NCBI GenBank assembly: GCA_005239895.1
Contig: SBBB01000022.1
Coordinates: 4,098 to 68,097 of the forward strand
DNA from: a bacterium
Lineage (GTDB): Bacteria; Patescibacteriota; Patescibacteriia; SBBB01
Reading direction: 5' to 3'
Length of the DNA stretch: 64,000 bases
The position numbers were made by a program, and so were the translations under genes. Below the pieces are notes generated by a model. That model saw only the letters and a list, made by a program, of their open reading frames with translations. It ran no database searches and was not told the origin of the DNA. Position 1 is the stretch's first letter. Each line of letters begins with the position of its first letter. Below, piece after piece: positions 1-8,713 of the stretch.

Positions 1-88
1 GTCTTTAGTATCTAATCTGCCCGGTATCACAATTGCTAGTTTGGATGAATTAGGGTAGCCTTTTTCATATACAGCTATTTCAAAAGTT

Positions 89-976
89 TTAAGTTTTATG
101 ATTGTCATATTTTTGAATTTTAATAAGCGTTGAATTAAATAATAAATTTTTCTCTTTTTTTATTTCATCAATAATCAAACTAACCATTTCTGTGTAGGTA
201 TATTTTGGCAAATCAAGCTCTGTTAGTTCCGATAAATCATCTTTAAAAACTTCAGTTGATTCTTTAGCGTCAGTTGGCATGACCTTAACCCCTAAAGGAG
301 TTAATATATCCTTTGCTGTATCGTATCTCGATTTCATTGCAGAGCATGCAACAACAATGGATTGATTACAAATTTTTCTATTTATACAAACCTGAATTAC
401 ATCGCTTATATGCTTGATGTAAGTCGGTTGAAATAACCATGATGTATCATAAATAGCCAATACGTCTTCATCTAAATTTTTTAACAATCTATTAAAAGGT
501 CTGTCGTTGGTCGTGTTTGGGCTATAACCAAGAATAAGTGATGGACGAATGATAATATATCCATTTTTTACGGTTTTTACAATTTCTTCAGATTGTAGTT
601 TTGTTCTTCCATAAAGATTTTGTGGATTAATTGCAGCCATGCTTGATATATAGATCAGTAGAGCGCCTATTTGATTTGCAACGTCAACAATATATTTAGT
701 TGCAGTTTGATTAAGAAGCATGGCTGCTTCAGGATTAACATCGCACCATTTTGAACTAGCATTATTAGCAACATGAATTATTATTTTGGAACTATAATCA
801 TTAACAACTTTTTTAACATCATCTTCGTTTGTAATATTAAGATGCACTAAATTTTTAGAAAGTTGCTTGTTGCAATAAGTACCAACTACACTAAATTTTG
901 ACTGAAGATCAAAATATATTCTAGCACCTAAGTAACCACTTGCGCCTATGATTAAAATTTTAGTTTTATTTTCCAT
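89..976 (-). CDS. NAD(P)-dependent SDR, dTDP-4-dehydrorhamnose reductase (RmlD)-like
   Basis: N-terminal GASGYLG Rossmann motif and YGRTK (YxxxK) catalytic motif. Confidence 0.8.
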   Translation of the reverse strand: MENKTKILIIGASGYLGARIYFDLQSKFSVVGTYCNKQLSKNLVHLNITNEDDVKKVVNDYSSKIIIHVANNASSKWCDVNPEAAMLLNQTATKYIVDVANQIGALLIYISSMAAINPQNLYGRTKLQSEEIVKTVKNGYIIIRPSLILGYSPNTTNDRPFNRLLKNLDEDVLAIYDTSWLFQPTYIKHISDVIQVCINRKICNQSIVVACSAMKSRYDTAKDILTPLGVKVMPTDAKESTEVFKDDLSELTELDLPKYTYTEMVSLIIDEIKKEKNLLFNSTLIKIQKYDNHKT

Positions 977-1067
977 AAACTCAAACTAATGAACTCTTTA
1001 ATTTGATCTTTACCAAACATCATTAATAGCCATGCTGTTTAGCGCTAGCTAAATTAAAATATAAACT

Positions 1068-1664
1068 CTATCTATTTTTATGTGTCCAAATATTTTCCCA
1101 CCACTCAGATACTTTTCCTTCTAAAATTTCTTTACCTAATTTTTTTGCGGACTTGGTCTTAAGATTCATATACTGAATATTTTTTTTGTTCTCGGGGCCC
1201 TTGCCCGCAAGCCAAATTTTAGCCTCAGAATTACCTTGATGGCTATACTCCTTTAATAAAAGAATTTGATCTAAAAGATCCGCGTCTTTAGCAATGACAG
1301 CTTCTCTGCTTTTTCTTACTTCAAACTCTGCGCTTATTTGCAACAAATCTTTAAATGGCAAATCTCCAAGCTGATCATTTAAAATTTCATTTTCAAAAAC
1401 TTTTACATATTTTTTATGCACATAATTATGATCACCACTGCGAATTTCATTGATATCATGCAAAAGCGCCATCATTACAGTTTTATAAGGATCAACCTTT
1501 TCTATTTTGGCTAAAAACCAAGCTATAAGAGCAACTCTATACGAATGAGTTGTGATATTGTCAGATAAATCCTGAGAGAGCAACATTTGTTGATGCATTC
1601 TAGGTATTTTTTTCATGGTACCAAGTTCAAACAAAAAATTTACTATTCTTTGATTGTTATTCAT
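1068..1664 (-). CDS. HD-domain phosphohydrolase (YfbR/5'-deoxynucleotidase-like)
   Basis: HSYRVA...LLHDINE..SGD...KDAD motifs typical of HD_3/YfbR proteins. Confidence 0.8.
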   Translation of the reverse strand: MNNNQRIVNFLFELGTMKKIPRMHQQMLLSQDLSDNITTHSYRVALIAWFLAKIEKVDPYKTVMMALLHDINEIRSGDHNYVHKKYVKVFENEILNDQLGDLPFKDLLQISAEFEVRKSREAVIAKDADLLDQILLLKEYSHQGNSEAKIWLAGKGPENKKNIQYMNLKTKSAKKLGKEILEGKVSEWWENIWTHKNR

Positions 1665-1760
1665 AAAAAAATATTACACTGCGTGTGACTTATACTAAAT
1701 ATTATAGAAGAGTTGACTTCCTGGGTCAATTTTAATTAGTTAAATCAACTGTATCTACCA

Positions 1761-1858
1761 AAATAACTAAAAAACACTAAAAAAATACATATTACAAAAG
1801 GCCTTCATTGCTTATGAAAGGCCCAGTCCGTCACTCATCTATATTTACGAATGACGGA
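1761..1858 (-). repeat. ~98-bp direct repeat copy 1 (double hairpin plus terminator, 3' of LuxR gene 1)
   Basis: Identical to 3711-3809 apart from one A in a homopolymer. Contains stems GTCCGTCA..TGACGGAC and GGCCTTTCAT..ATGAAGGCC followed by a T-run on the minus strand. Confidence 0.9.
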
Positions 1859-1888
1859 CAAAAAAATAAAAACTATTATTACTCGTCG

Positions 1889-2293
1889 TTACTTGAGTAA
1901 CATGGCTAGTACCTCTAACCTAGATGTTGCGTCTGTCTTTCTCCTGATATGACGCATGTGCTCTCTAACGGTTTCGGTTGTCACATTAAGCATCTCGCCA
2001 ATATGCTCATCTTGCAAACCCTTAACAAGATACTTCACTATATCTGCTTCGCGATTAGTAAATACACCCATCTCAGGTTTGATCAAAACCAAATCCCCCA
2101 AAGAGATGTGCAAAGCATCCAGGTATCTTAAAATAATAAGAGCAACTTTGGTTTTTACAGTCTTTGCATCAAACCCTGCACCATCGCTGTTTTTCTTGAC
2201 ACCCATAACATGCTGAGCCAGGTCAAGAAGCTCCATAACATCCGTTGTTAAATCTGAAATTATTAAGTCGGGTTTACTGTTATTTGGTTTCAT
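1889..2293 (-). CDS. LuxR/NarL-type C-terminal HTH protein without receiver domain (paralog 1)
   Basis: FTNREADIVKYLVKGLQDEHIGEMLNVTTETVREHMRHIRRKT fits the GerE/LuxR HTH pattern. Confidence 0.85.
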   Translation of the reverse strand: MKPNNSKPDLIISDLTTDVMELLDLAQHVMGVKKNSDGAGFDAKTVKTKVALIILRYLDALHISLGDLVLIKPEMGVFTNREADIVKYLVKGLQDEHIGEMLNVTTETVREHMRHIRRKTDATSRLEVLAMLLK

Positions 2294-2400
2294 CTGAACT
2301 GTAACACATTGTATTTACACTCCTTTCTTATCGGCTACGATTGTTATACATTGTATTGCAAGCCTTAATTCTAAGCCCAAAATATAAACTATATCATACA

Positions 2401-2429
2401 AGAGTAGCGTATTAACACTGTTTTGTCAA
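2401..2429 (-). promoter_or_regulatory. sigma70 promoter of LuxR gene 1
   Basis: TTGACA-17 bp-TACTCT; homologous to the promoter at 4362-4390. Confidence 0.65.
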
Positions 2430-2495
2430 CAAAACTAATTAATAAAAATTTTTAAAAAGAAAATAAATATATCAATAATTATTTTGAAAAAATAC

Positions 2496-2530
2496 TGGCA
2501 CACGCAACTAAACTTTCTTTGCGTGTGCCA
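2496..2530 (-). terminator. GC-rich hairpin/terminator, duplicated at 4582-4615
   Basis: GGCACACGC..GCGTGTGCC stem followed by a T-run on the minus strand, just 3' of ORF 2559-3419. Confidence 0.65.
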
Positions 2531-2558
2531 TATCGTTAAAGCATATGAATAATATTTA

Positions 2559-3419
2559 TCACTGCTTGACATGATCTCTTTTTTGCATTTCTGACCATGG
2601 TATTTTTCCTGCATTATTATACTTCTCGCGCATTGACCGCGCATATAAACTAGTTAGCAGGTTATGGACGCGATTACTCCCCTTGCGCCACAGCAAGCTT
2701 AACTTGGTCGCAAGGTTTTGTGTATTGCGAGTGGACTGAATAATATATGGAGACTTATGTGTATTTTTTGGACGAACTGATCCACTGGATATTGATACTA
2801 CTTTTTTAACAGGTTGAGGTGTTACGACTTTAAATCTCTGAACCTCCATAAATGTCAAAACTATTAAACGTGTGCAAAAATTGACATAACCATGCTCCTC
2901 AATGAACCCTAATTTAAACAAAATTGAAAAATGGGAATTAATACTTGAGATTTTATGATCGTCCTTTTCAGATAACCATACCAACATCATAAAAGCATTA
3001 ATATCACTACACTTCAGATCGTCAATTGTTCGCACAGCCTGAATAGTTCTATCCATAACGTCCATCTGAGACTGACTTGTTTGACTTGAAATTTTATAAT
3101 CCTGTTTCTGTGCCTTGATTGGACTATAAAAATCTAATATTATAGCCAAAATAATACGCACGGGAAAATCAACGCGACCACGGTTCTCTTCACTGTTACC
3201 TTGACCTACTCCAGCATCTATTGTGATAAGCCCTAAATCATCTAAAATTAAAAACGCTGAGTGGTCAGACAGAATAAACACATCATTATATGACAGTGTT
3301 TTCAACATCTGAAAAGCCGCAATCATGTTTTGGTCTGTGCTCTTTCTTAGTTTATTGATCGCGTTGAGTTTATCACTAATATAATCCGCTATGCTCTTTG
3401 CACCTTGCTTTTGATCCAT
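2559..3419 (-). CDS. Hypothetical protein with a two-fold internal repeat
   Basis: Start moved to ATG 3419 behind SD AAAGGAG. Repeated unit: AF.ML..LS..D...S...F.IL..LG.I...G.V.F..R.I. Confidence 0.7.
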   Translation of the reverse strand: MDQKQGAKSIADYISDKLNAINKLRKSTDQNMIAAFQMLKTLSYNDVFILSDHSAFLILDDLGLITIDAGVGQGNSEENRGRVDFPVRIILAIILDFYSPIKAQKQDYKISSQTSQSQMDVMDRTIQAVRTIDDLKCSDINAFMMLVWLSEKDDHKISSINSHFSILFKLGFIEEHGYVNFCTRLIVLTFMEVQRFKVVTPQPVKKVVSISSGSVRPKNTHKSPYIIQSTRNTQNLATKLSLLWRKGSNRVHNLLTSLYARSMREKYNNAGKIPWSEMQKRDHVKQ

Positions 3420-3566
3420 GTCTCTCCTTTCAATCAAAAAGTGTTAGAAAACTAATTGTAAGCGTCGGTGTCGGTAATCACAAAATATCACACAATACAC
3501 AAAAATGTCAATTACCAACACTACCAACGCAAGACTAATTTATATGTAAAATTGCATGAAAACTTA

Positions 3567-3710
3567 ACAAATCTACACATAAATGATATTGATAATGACT
3601 GTGCATAATGGTTTTACACGTAACACGTTTTTACGGTTCATGTACGGATAAACAATTGGTATTGTTTTCTAGAAACTTTATTGGCATTCAGCACTTAGAT
3701 AAACCGCTAC
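3567..3710 (+). pseudogene. Deleted remnant of a paralog of ORF 4771-5196
   Basis: Aligns to 4681-4738, 4803-4886 and 5199-5209. The SD/ATG segment and most of the CDS are missing. Confidence 0.7.
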
Positions 3711-3809
3711 AAATAACTAAAAAACACTAAAAAAAATACATATTACAAAAGGCCTTCATTGCTTATGAAAGGCCCAGTCCGTCACTCATCTATATTTACG
3801 AATGACGGA
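3711..3809 (-). repeat. ~98-bp direct repeat copy 2 (3' of LuxR gene 2)
   Basis: Near-identical to 1761-1858. Confidence 0.9.
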
Positions 3810-3823
3810 TAAAAATTTATAAT

Positions 3824-4282
3824 TCATAATTTCAACATTCTCGCTATCAGTTGTAACCTTGAGGTTACTCCTGTCTTACCGCGAATATGGCGCATATGAT
3901 CTCTTATGGTTTCAACACTAATCTCCAACGCAGTTCCAATGTTTTTATCCGAGAAACCGTTTAGTAAGTACCACACAACATGTTTCTCGCGAGGAGTAAA
4001 TCGAACATCTTCTAATCTAGCTAAAACTAGATCTCTTAATGAAATGTTGAGTATTTGTATGCACTTTAACAAAGAAACAACCACCTCTTTCTTGTGCTCT
4101 TCGATCTGCTGCTTTAATCTAGGGCTCTGTTGCTGAAGTTTTGCAATCTTTTTTTCAAGCTCAGCAATCTGTTTCTTGACTATTATAATACCTGTAATGC
4201 GTTGCCGACTTCTATGATTTAGTCGACTTCTATGGTTTGCTTTTTTAATCAAGGTTGCTTTTTTAATCAAGGCTAATTTCAT
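3824..4282 (-). CDS. LuxR-type HTH protein with N-terminal coiled coil (paralog 2)
   Basis: FTPREKHVVWYLLNGFSDKNIGTALEISVETIRDHMRHIRGKTG; start moved to ATG 4282 behind SD GAGGAGG. Confidence 0.85.
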   Translation of the reverse strand: MKLALIKKATLIKKANHRSRLNHRSRQRITGIIIVKKQIAELEKKIAKLQQQSPRLKQQIEEHKKEVVVSLLKCIQILNISLRDLVLARLEDVRFTPREKHVVWYLLNGFSDKNIGTALEISVETIRDHMRHIRGKTGVTSRLQLIARMLKL

Positions 4283-4361
4283 GATATTCCTCCTCATTTG
4301 CCATCTTACGGTTGCTGTACCTTGCATTACCTGAATTCTAAAAAATATGAACCTTGCTATA

Positions 4362-4390
4362 AAAGTAGCGTATAAGTCTTATTTTGTCAA
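4362..4390 (-). promoter_or_regulatory. sigma70 promoter of LuxR gene 2
   Basis: TTGACA-17 bp-TACTTT; shares TTGACAAAA...ATACGCTACT with 2401-2429. Confidence 0.65.
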
Positions 4391-4770
4391 TAGTGAAAAA
4401 GTTTATAAAGTTAAAATTTTAGATCGTGACACCCTATCACGATCGTGACGAAGTGTCACGGCAATAATATTTAAATCACATTTACTTAATTAAATTTTTC
4501 AAAAATAAATAAAACGAAGACACTTGGTGCGATCGCATCAAATATCACATAATAATATAAAATAAGACCTAAATAAATACGGGCACGCGCTATAAAACTT
4601 TCTTTGCGCGTGCCATCAAATTAGAATGGATAATAAACCTCATTGAAAGAGCAATATTACTACCGAAAAATATAAATTTGACAAATCTGCAGCCAAATGA
4701 TATTTATAATAGCTGTACGCAATGGTTTTATGCGTAACTAATGAAACATCAAACCATATAGGAGGATCAA

Positions 4771-5196
4771 ATGGGACAAACAACCCAAACAAAACTGGTA
4801 ACATATTTTTACGGATCATGCACACTTGAACAATTGGCATCATTTTCTAGAGATGTTATTGGCATTCAGCATTCAGACAAACTGCCAAAAAACAATATAG
4901 TAATGCCGATATCTGTAATGCGCCAAAGATTTCACCGGGTTTATTGCGAGCAGGGCCAAATAATTGAACCGCCCCGTGTAATGGGTTTTCGCAATATATT
5001 GGTTGGAATATACGAACACACAAAAATCTCTAAAGCCAAATGGAAATCAAAAAGAAAAAATATCTTAATAGTACAACGAACTAACGACAACGAATTTATT
5101 CTAAAACTCGAGCAAGTAAATCGTAATAGTAATTACCATTACATACTTACCAAGCTTGACATCAAGCTCACACACCTCGAGCTAGACCATAAATAG
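4771..5196 (+). CDS. Hypothetical basic protein
   Basis: 141-aa ORF with SD AGGAGG and a downstream hairpin at 5220-5255. Confidence 0.65.
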   Translation: MGQTTQTKLVTYFYGSCTLEQLASFSRDVIGIQHSDKLPKNNIVMPISVMRQRFHRVYCEQGQIIEPPRVMGFRNILVGIYEHTKISKAKWKSKRKNILIVQRTNDNEFILKLEQVNRNSNYHYILTKLDIKLTHLELDHK

Positions 5197-5321
5197 TTAA
5201 ACTGCTACACAAAAAACACGCAAGGAGGGAATGTCCGATTACGTTCCCTTCTTGCACAAACAAATATTTAAATAAGCTATAAAAATTTTAAATATTCGTA
5301 CTTTAATTTTTTAAAAAAACA

Positions 5322-5355
5322 AGGTTCGCTATCCCATCTTACGACAGCGAACCTA
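5322..5355 (-). terminator. Hairpin terminator 3' of purM
   Basis: AGGTTCGCT..AGCGAACCT stem followed by a T-run on the minus strand. Confidence 0.55.
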
Positions 5356-5396
5356 AAATTAAAATTTTAAATTTGATAATTGCCTAACACCAAGCA

Positions 5397-6578
5397 TCAT
5401 CTAACTCTAAGTGTGGAGCCTAAATACTCTAAACCTTTCGGTTTAATGATAACTGATTTGCTATTACTCTGTTCAATATGTCCAGCGCGAAACGCTACGA
5501 GCTTATTTGTAGTAGCGATTCTGATAACATGATCTACATCAGCTTCCGAAACATAGAGCGCAAAACCAGCGCCCATATTCCAGTTACCGTACGCCTCCCT
5601 ATCATCCACTGGACCATACCTCTGCATAACATCAAATATCAATTGTTGTTTTGGTAAACGATCGATAATGTAGGCAAATGGTTGTGTTGCTCGCATAAGC
5701 TTGCGCCATCCATGACCCGTAATATTTACCGCGTAATGAATGTCCACTCCGCTACTAATACAGTCTTCAACCAGCCCAACATAAATATGAGTTGGATCAA
5801 GCAATGTTTCTCCGTACGTTCGCCCGTCATCGAGTTTGGTCAAATAACCATCAGATAAAACACGAGGCGGAAACCAATTAGGTATTAAAAAGAAATTTAC
5901 CACTGCTTTCCAGAACCTGTGCTTTCTTTCACCAATCTCTCGCGCCATTGTGAGTCCATTAGCATGAATACCCGAACTCTCAATCATAACAATCGCATCA
6001 CCATGTTTAATGTTTGCTGGATTGATAACATTCTTCTTGGATTTAACTCTACCTACAGCAGCGCCGGCAAGTATAACTGTTTTTGGCATCACCATATCTT
6101 TCACTGTTTGAGTTTCGCCACAACCCCATGTGCAACGCGCTAAATTACAAGCGTTTTTAGTACCTCGACTGAAGTCTCTATAACGCTTCTCATCTGTAAA
6201 CCAACTTGATTTACCTGCTGCGACAAATATCATAAATACATGCGGAAATACGCCAGACGCAACCAGGTCATTTACAACCATAGCCACATTACACTGCGCG
6301 ATATGGTCGTAATAAGACTTGCCAGTGAGACGATACATAGCATCGGCTACTAGATTCTTTGTGCCCAATCCTTCTATAGTACCTCCCCAATAACAATCAT
6401 CCACTTCCATAAGATAAGCGCTCTCACCGCGACTCCACCTGGCTTCTTTAAAATCTCCATTACTGAAGTGATAGATGTTGTTTGAGGTGTCACAACCATC
6501 TATTTGCGATATTCTCTTGGTTAGATCCATCGCATCATAATTTACTCCAACTCCATCATAAGTCATTTTGCCTGCCAT
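5397..6578 (-). CDS. purM: Phosphoribosylformylglycinamidine cyclo-ligase (AIR synthase), divergent
   Basis: TYDGVGVN, EGLGTK, VNDLV, GCGET, SSGIHANG, NITGHG and WNMGAGF motifs. Confidence 0.85.
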   Translation of the reverse strand: MAGKMTYDGVGVNYDAMDLTKRISQIDGCDTSNNIYHFSNGDFKEARWSRGESAYLMEVDDCYWGGTIEGLGTKNLVADAMYRLTGKSYYDHIAQCNVAMVVNDLVASGVFPHVFMIFVAAGKSSWFTDEKRYRDFSRGTKNACNLARCTWGCGETQTVKDMVMPKTVILAGAAVGRVKSKKNVINPANIKHGDAIVMIESSGIHANGLTMAREIGERKHRFWKAVVNFFLIPNWFPPRVLSDGYLTKLDDGRTYGETLLDPTHIYVGLVEDCISSGVDIHYAVNITGHGWRKLMRATQPFAYIIDRLPKQQLIFDVMQRYGPVDDREAYGNWNMGAGFALYVSEADVDHVIRIATTNKLVAFRAGHIEQSNSKSVIIKPKGLEYLGSTLRVR

Positions 6579-6702
6579 TGATTTTCCTCCTTTGATCTAA
6601 ATTTAAAACACTATCATCCGCGCCAACAAGTATTCTTAATTAAGGAATAGCATATTACAGATCTATGTCAACGATGAGAATAATATACAAACAACTACAT
6701 AA

Positions 6703-7158
6703 TTATTCTATTATATCTGCTATAATTCCATCCCACACTTTTTCTAATTCTTTAGATTTAATTTCAATACCGATTTCTGCTTTTCCGCTTCCAATATTTA
6801 CCACTTCAGTTTTAAAAATACTTTTATCAATAATTTTCTTTATATTTTTTTCAATACCAAAAGGCGTAACTCCGCCAATTGTATAACCAGTTATTTCTTC
6901 AACTTCATTTGGTTTTGCCATTCGTAATTCTTTTTGATTTACAATCTCTTTCAATTTATTTATATTAACCCGTTTGTCTCCTGGTAAAACAATGATAACT
7001 GGTTCAGTTTCACCTATAAAAACAAGTGTTTTTAAAACTTGCTTAAGTTCACACCCATAAATCCTTTCTACGTCTTGAGCTGTTTTTGGAACTTCGTCTA
7101 GTTCTATTATTTTAAATTCTATATTTTTACTTTTAAGATAATCTGTGCTTTTATTCAT
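6703..7158 (-). CDS. YbaK/EbsC-family aminoacyl-tRNA deacylase
   Basis: QVLKTLV and GYTIGGVTPFG motifs. Confidence 0.85.
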   Translation of the reverse strand: MNKSTDYLKSKNIEFKIIELDEVPKTAQDVERIYGCELKQVLKTLVFIGETEPVIIVLPGDKRVNINKLKEIVNQKELRMAKPNEVEEITGYTIGGVTPFGIEKNIKKIIDKSIFKTEVVNIGSGKAEIGIEIKSKELEKVWDGIIADIIE

Positions 7159-7236
7159 AAAATGATTTTAATTAAATCTTAATAATTATTAACTTAGGTG
7201 CCTTGCTCCTAAGTTGTTGCTACGTAAATGTGCTTG

Positions 7237-7263
7237 CACTACGAAGCCTTGGCGAAGTAGTGG
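7237..7263. repeat. Bulged-hairpin repeat (CTACGAAGCCTTGGCGAAGTAG) abutting the tRNA-Ala 3' end
   Basis: Same core as 20451-20477 and the 42422-42578 cluster. Confidence 0.6.
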
Positions 7264-7331
7264 ACCTGAGGGGAATCGGACCCCTGCCATCCGGATGCAA
7301 ACCGGATACACTACCACTATGCTACAGGCCC
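7261..7331 (-). tRNA. tRNA-Ala(UGC)
   Basis: Cloverleaf GGGCCTG...CAGGTCCA, G3:U70 Ala identity pair, anticodon loop TT-TGC-AT; CCA not encoded. Confidence 0.93.
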
Positions 7332-7479
7332 TAAATATAAAATTAAAAATTCTAAAACCTAAAATCTAAACAAAGCAAAAACTCAAATGTTTCAAACTAA
7401 AATAGTTTAAAGTTTTGTATTTTAAATATTTAAGTTTGTTTGGGATTTAGGATTTATCTATAATTTTTAATTCTAATCT

Positions 7480-7734
7480 TTATAAAATGCCACCAAATAA
7501 GGGTTTAATTATAGACAATACAATTTCACCCAAAAAACCAGTGAGATATAAAAAGGCTATAACCATTATTAATATACCCAAAAGTTTATAAAATAATCTA
7601 GTGCCACCTTGTAATCCTAGATACTTTTCAGCAAAATCTACGCGACCAAAATTTTCTAATAGCCACTCTGATTTTGATACTATTAAAAAACCTAAAACAA
7701 TCCCCAAGGGACCAAAAATCAAACGTAATATCAT
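7480..7734 (-). CDS. Small conserved-type membrane protein
   Basis: Hydrophobic helices around FGRVDFAEKYLG..GGTRLFYKLLG. Confidence 0.7.
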   Translation of the reverse strand: MILRLIFGPLGIVLGFLIVSKSEWLLENFGRVDFAEKYLGLQGGTRLFYKLLGILIMVIAFLYLTGFLGEIVLSIIKPLFGGIL

Positions 7735-7821
7735 ATAATTAATAAATTATTTTAAACTAATTGATAATTTAATAATTTTATTATATCTATTAGTTCTAAA
7801 GAACACAATACTTTTTTTAAG

Positions 7822-8640
7822 CTACCATGCTTCCAGCAATTTAGATTGCCAAATATATATCACTTTACCTAAACCAAATAAATTATAATTTAAAACCGTG
7901 GAACTGCCATAAACTATATAAACTCCACCCAAAAAAATTAAAATTAATCCTGAAAATAATCTTATATTTTTGAAAACGCGAATATTATAATTCGGAAAAA
8001 AGAAAAGCAGTATTAAAAATGGAGTGAATACTCCCAAAACATATAATAGAATCAAAAGCGCTGAATAAATATAATTATCAGAATTAGAAGCCATAAATAA
8101 AATACTAAACAAAACCGGCCCCACGCAAGGATTAAAACCTGCCGCAAAAAATAACCCAAACCATACATTCAGGGTTGGATGATTTTTTAAAAAATTAGAC
8201 CAAGTAACCGGCAATTTAAATCGATCTAATAATAAAATAATTCCCAGCAACAATATCGCGACCCCCGAAAACAATACAATGTAGCTTTTATTAATAATTA
8301 GTAATTGACCAAAAAAAGTAACACTAAAACCTAGTAGTAAAAAAATTATAAAAAATCCTCCAGCGAAAAATAATATATTTTTTAAACGTTCCTTTTTGCT
8401 TTGGGTTTTTAAAGATATTCCTGTCACTGCCAAACCAATGGGAAGCATGCAAGGACTAAAAAACGACAACAAACCGCCCAAAAATGCCACCAACAAAGAA
8501 ATATTGCGTATATTGGCAACACTGTTCTTTACAGCTGAATCTAAAAGCTCTTCACTTACAGGCGGTACAAAATAATAAACACCTATAAATAGTATTACAA
8601 CTAACAAAAAACTTATAATGTTAATAACTCTGGTCAACAT
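7822..8640 (-). CDS. ccdA: CcdA/DsbD transmembrane-domain protein
   Basis: GLLSFFSPCMLP and FNPCVGPVL redox-Cys motifs; multiple TM helices. Confidence 0.8.
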   Translation of the reverse strand: MLTRVINIISFLLVVILFIGVYYFVPPVSEELLDSAVKNSVANIRNISLLVAFLGGLLSFFSPCMLPIGLAVTGISLKTQSKKERLKNILFFAGGFFIIFLLLGFSVTFFGQLLIINKSYIVLFSGVAILLLGIILLLDRFKLPVTWSNFLKNHPTLNVWFGLFFAAGFNPCVGPVLFSILFMASNSDNYIYSALLILLYVLGVFTPFLILLFFFPNYNIRVFKNIRLFSGLILIFLGGVYIVYGSSTVLNYNLFGLGKVIYIWQSKLLEAW

Positions 8641-8713
8641 AGAAATCTAAAAACAAATATAGTATACTTTGATTATATTAAAAACAATTTAAAATACCAA
8701 ATTATAAATATTA

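Noticed and set aside
1889-4282. AHL quorum-sensing system
   Set aside because: The LuxR proteins lack an autoinducer-binding domain and no luxI synthase is present.
4640-4843. 67-aa minus-strand ORF
   Set aside because: Overlaps the SD-led ORF 4771 and its upstream region; no RBS or motif.
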